Assembly: GCA_964387675.1 (NCBI GenBank)
Contig: CAYLWL010000001.1
Location: 74,819 to 138,818, forward strand
From: an uncultured Candidatus Saccharibacteria bacterium
Lineage (GTDB): Bacteria > Patescibacteriota > Minisyncoccia > UBA6257 > 2-01-FULL-56-20
Direction of reading: 5' to 3'
Length of the DNA: 64,000 nt
Shown here: piece after piece, positions 63,392 through 64,000 of the stretch
How positions within the stretch are numbered: position 1 is the first letter of the stretch
Layout of the letters: each line of letters starts with the position of its first letter
Translations under genes and position numbers: made by a program
Notes under the pieces: generated by a model
Told to the model about the DNA's origin: nothing
The model's input: the letters and a program-made list of their open reading frames with translations, nothing else
The model's database searches: none

Positions 63392-64000
63392 ATGAAAAAA
63401 GCGCTGATAACCGGGGTTACCGGCCAGGACGGTTCATATCTTGCCGAGTTTCTTCTCGAAAAAGGATACGACGTTCATGGCATTATACGCCGGGCTTCCA
63501 CATTCAATACGGGCAGAATCGACCACATCTACAAAGATCCGCACAATGAAGGGTCTCGTTTTCATCTTCATTACGGCGATCTGGCTGACGCGAACACCGT
63601 GCGCAGTTTAATTTATAAGATTCAGCCGGACGAATTCTACAATCTTGGCGCGCAGTCCCATGTTCGGGTTTCTTTCGATATTCCGGAATACACCGCGAAT
63701 GTGACGGGCGTCGGCACGCTCCGGGTTCTCGAAGCGATCAAGGATTTTGAGGAGCACACCGGAAAAAAGGTAAAATTCTACCAGGCATCCTCTTCGGAAA
63801 TGTTCGGGGCAACGCCCCCGCCGCAGAACGAGAAAACCCCGTTCCATCCGAGGAGTCCGTACGGCGTTTCGAAGGTGTTTTCTTTTTACGCGACCCAGAA
63901 TTATCGGGAGGCGTACGGAATGTTCGCGGTCAACGGCATTTTGTTTAATCACGAATCGGAACGGCGCGGGGAAACGTTCGTAACGAAAAAAATCACGAAA
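63392..64000 (+). CDS. gmd: GDP-mannose 4,6-dehydratase (5' partial; runs off the window)
   Basis: '[47 protein letters not shown]' with an SDR Rossmann fold. No stop before the window end. Confidence 0.85.
   Translation, partial: MKKALITGVTGQDGSYLAEFLLEKGYDVHGIIRRASTFNTGRIDHIYKDPHNEGSRFHLHYGDLADANTVRSLIYKIQPDEFYNLGAQSHVRVSFDIPEYTANVTGVGTLRVLEAIKDFEEHTGKKVKFYQASSSEMFGATPPPQNEKTPFHPRSPYGVSKVFSFYATQNYREAYGMFAVNGILFNHESERRGETFVTKKITK

Overview
This 64-kb window looks like a small-genome, Patescibacteria/CPR-like bacterial chromosome segment; that taxonomic placement is an inference from gene content only. The left half carries housekeeping genes around a classical replication-origin neighbourhood (dnaN-dnaA, then divergent rpmH-rnpA-yidC-jag), plus gpmI, secG, rpsT, holA-like, a sensor kinase, a 5'-3' exonuclease, tsaE, ruvB, a lone pilB-type ATPase, yebC, ruvC and PBP1A. 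The centre (about 21.5-34.3 kb, minus strand) is a type IV secretion/conjugation-like locus: a VirB2-like pilin, a VirB3/PrgI-like protein, a VirB4 ATPase split into two ORFs, a VirB6-like polytopic protein and large secreted or Pro-rich proteins. Embedded in it are a Phd/Doc TA pair and a four-helix-bundle (23S-IVS/Avd-like) gene flanked by 'AGCTTTTAG' iteron-like repeats. The right half has rsmA, a UvrD-like helicase, an M23/LysM peptidase, two paralogous RelE-like TA pairs, comM, nusA, an H+-pyrophosphatase, clpP, tyrS, tRNA-Gly and tRNA-Ile(UAU), rny, an O-antigen-ligase-like protein and the start of gmd. It also has a mosaic mobile region: a large serine recombinase flanked by ~113-bp inverted repeats, an XRE-GrpB-methyltransferase cargo flanked by further inverted repeats, a truncated second recombinase copy, an IS200-family insertion, and a DUF5678-like + retropepsin-like cassette. 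The genome is peppered with at least three short dispersed repeat families. Family 1 is a ~100-bp palindromic MITE-like element that supplies stop codons to flanking genes. Family 2 is a ~115-120-bp hairpin element whose distal arm is fused to the ATG of pilB, dnaA and a third gene. Family 3 is TGACAC/GTGACA hexamer arrays that occur in-frame inside ORFs. No CRISPR array was found. Every call was made by eye from the sequence; no searches were run.
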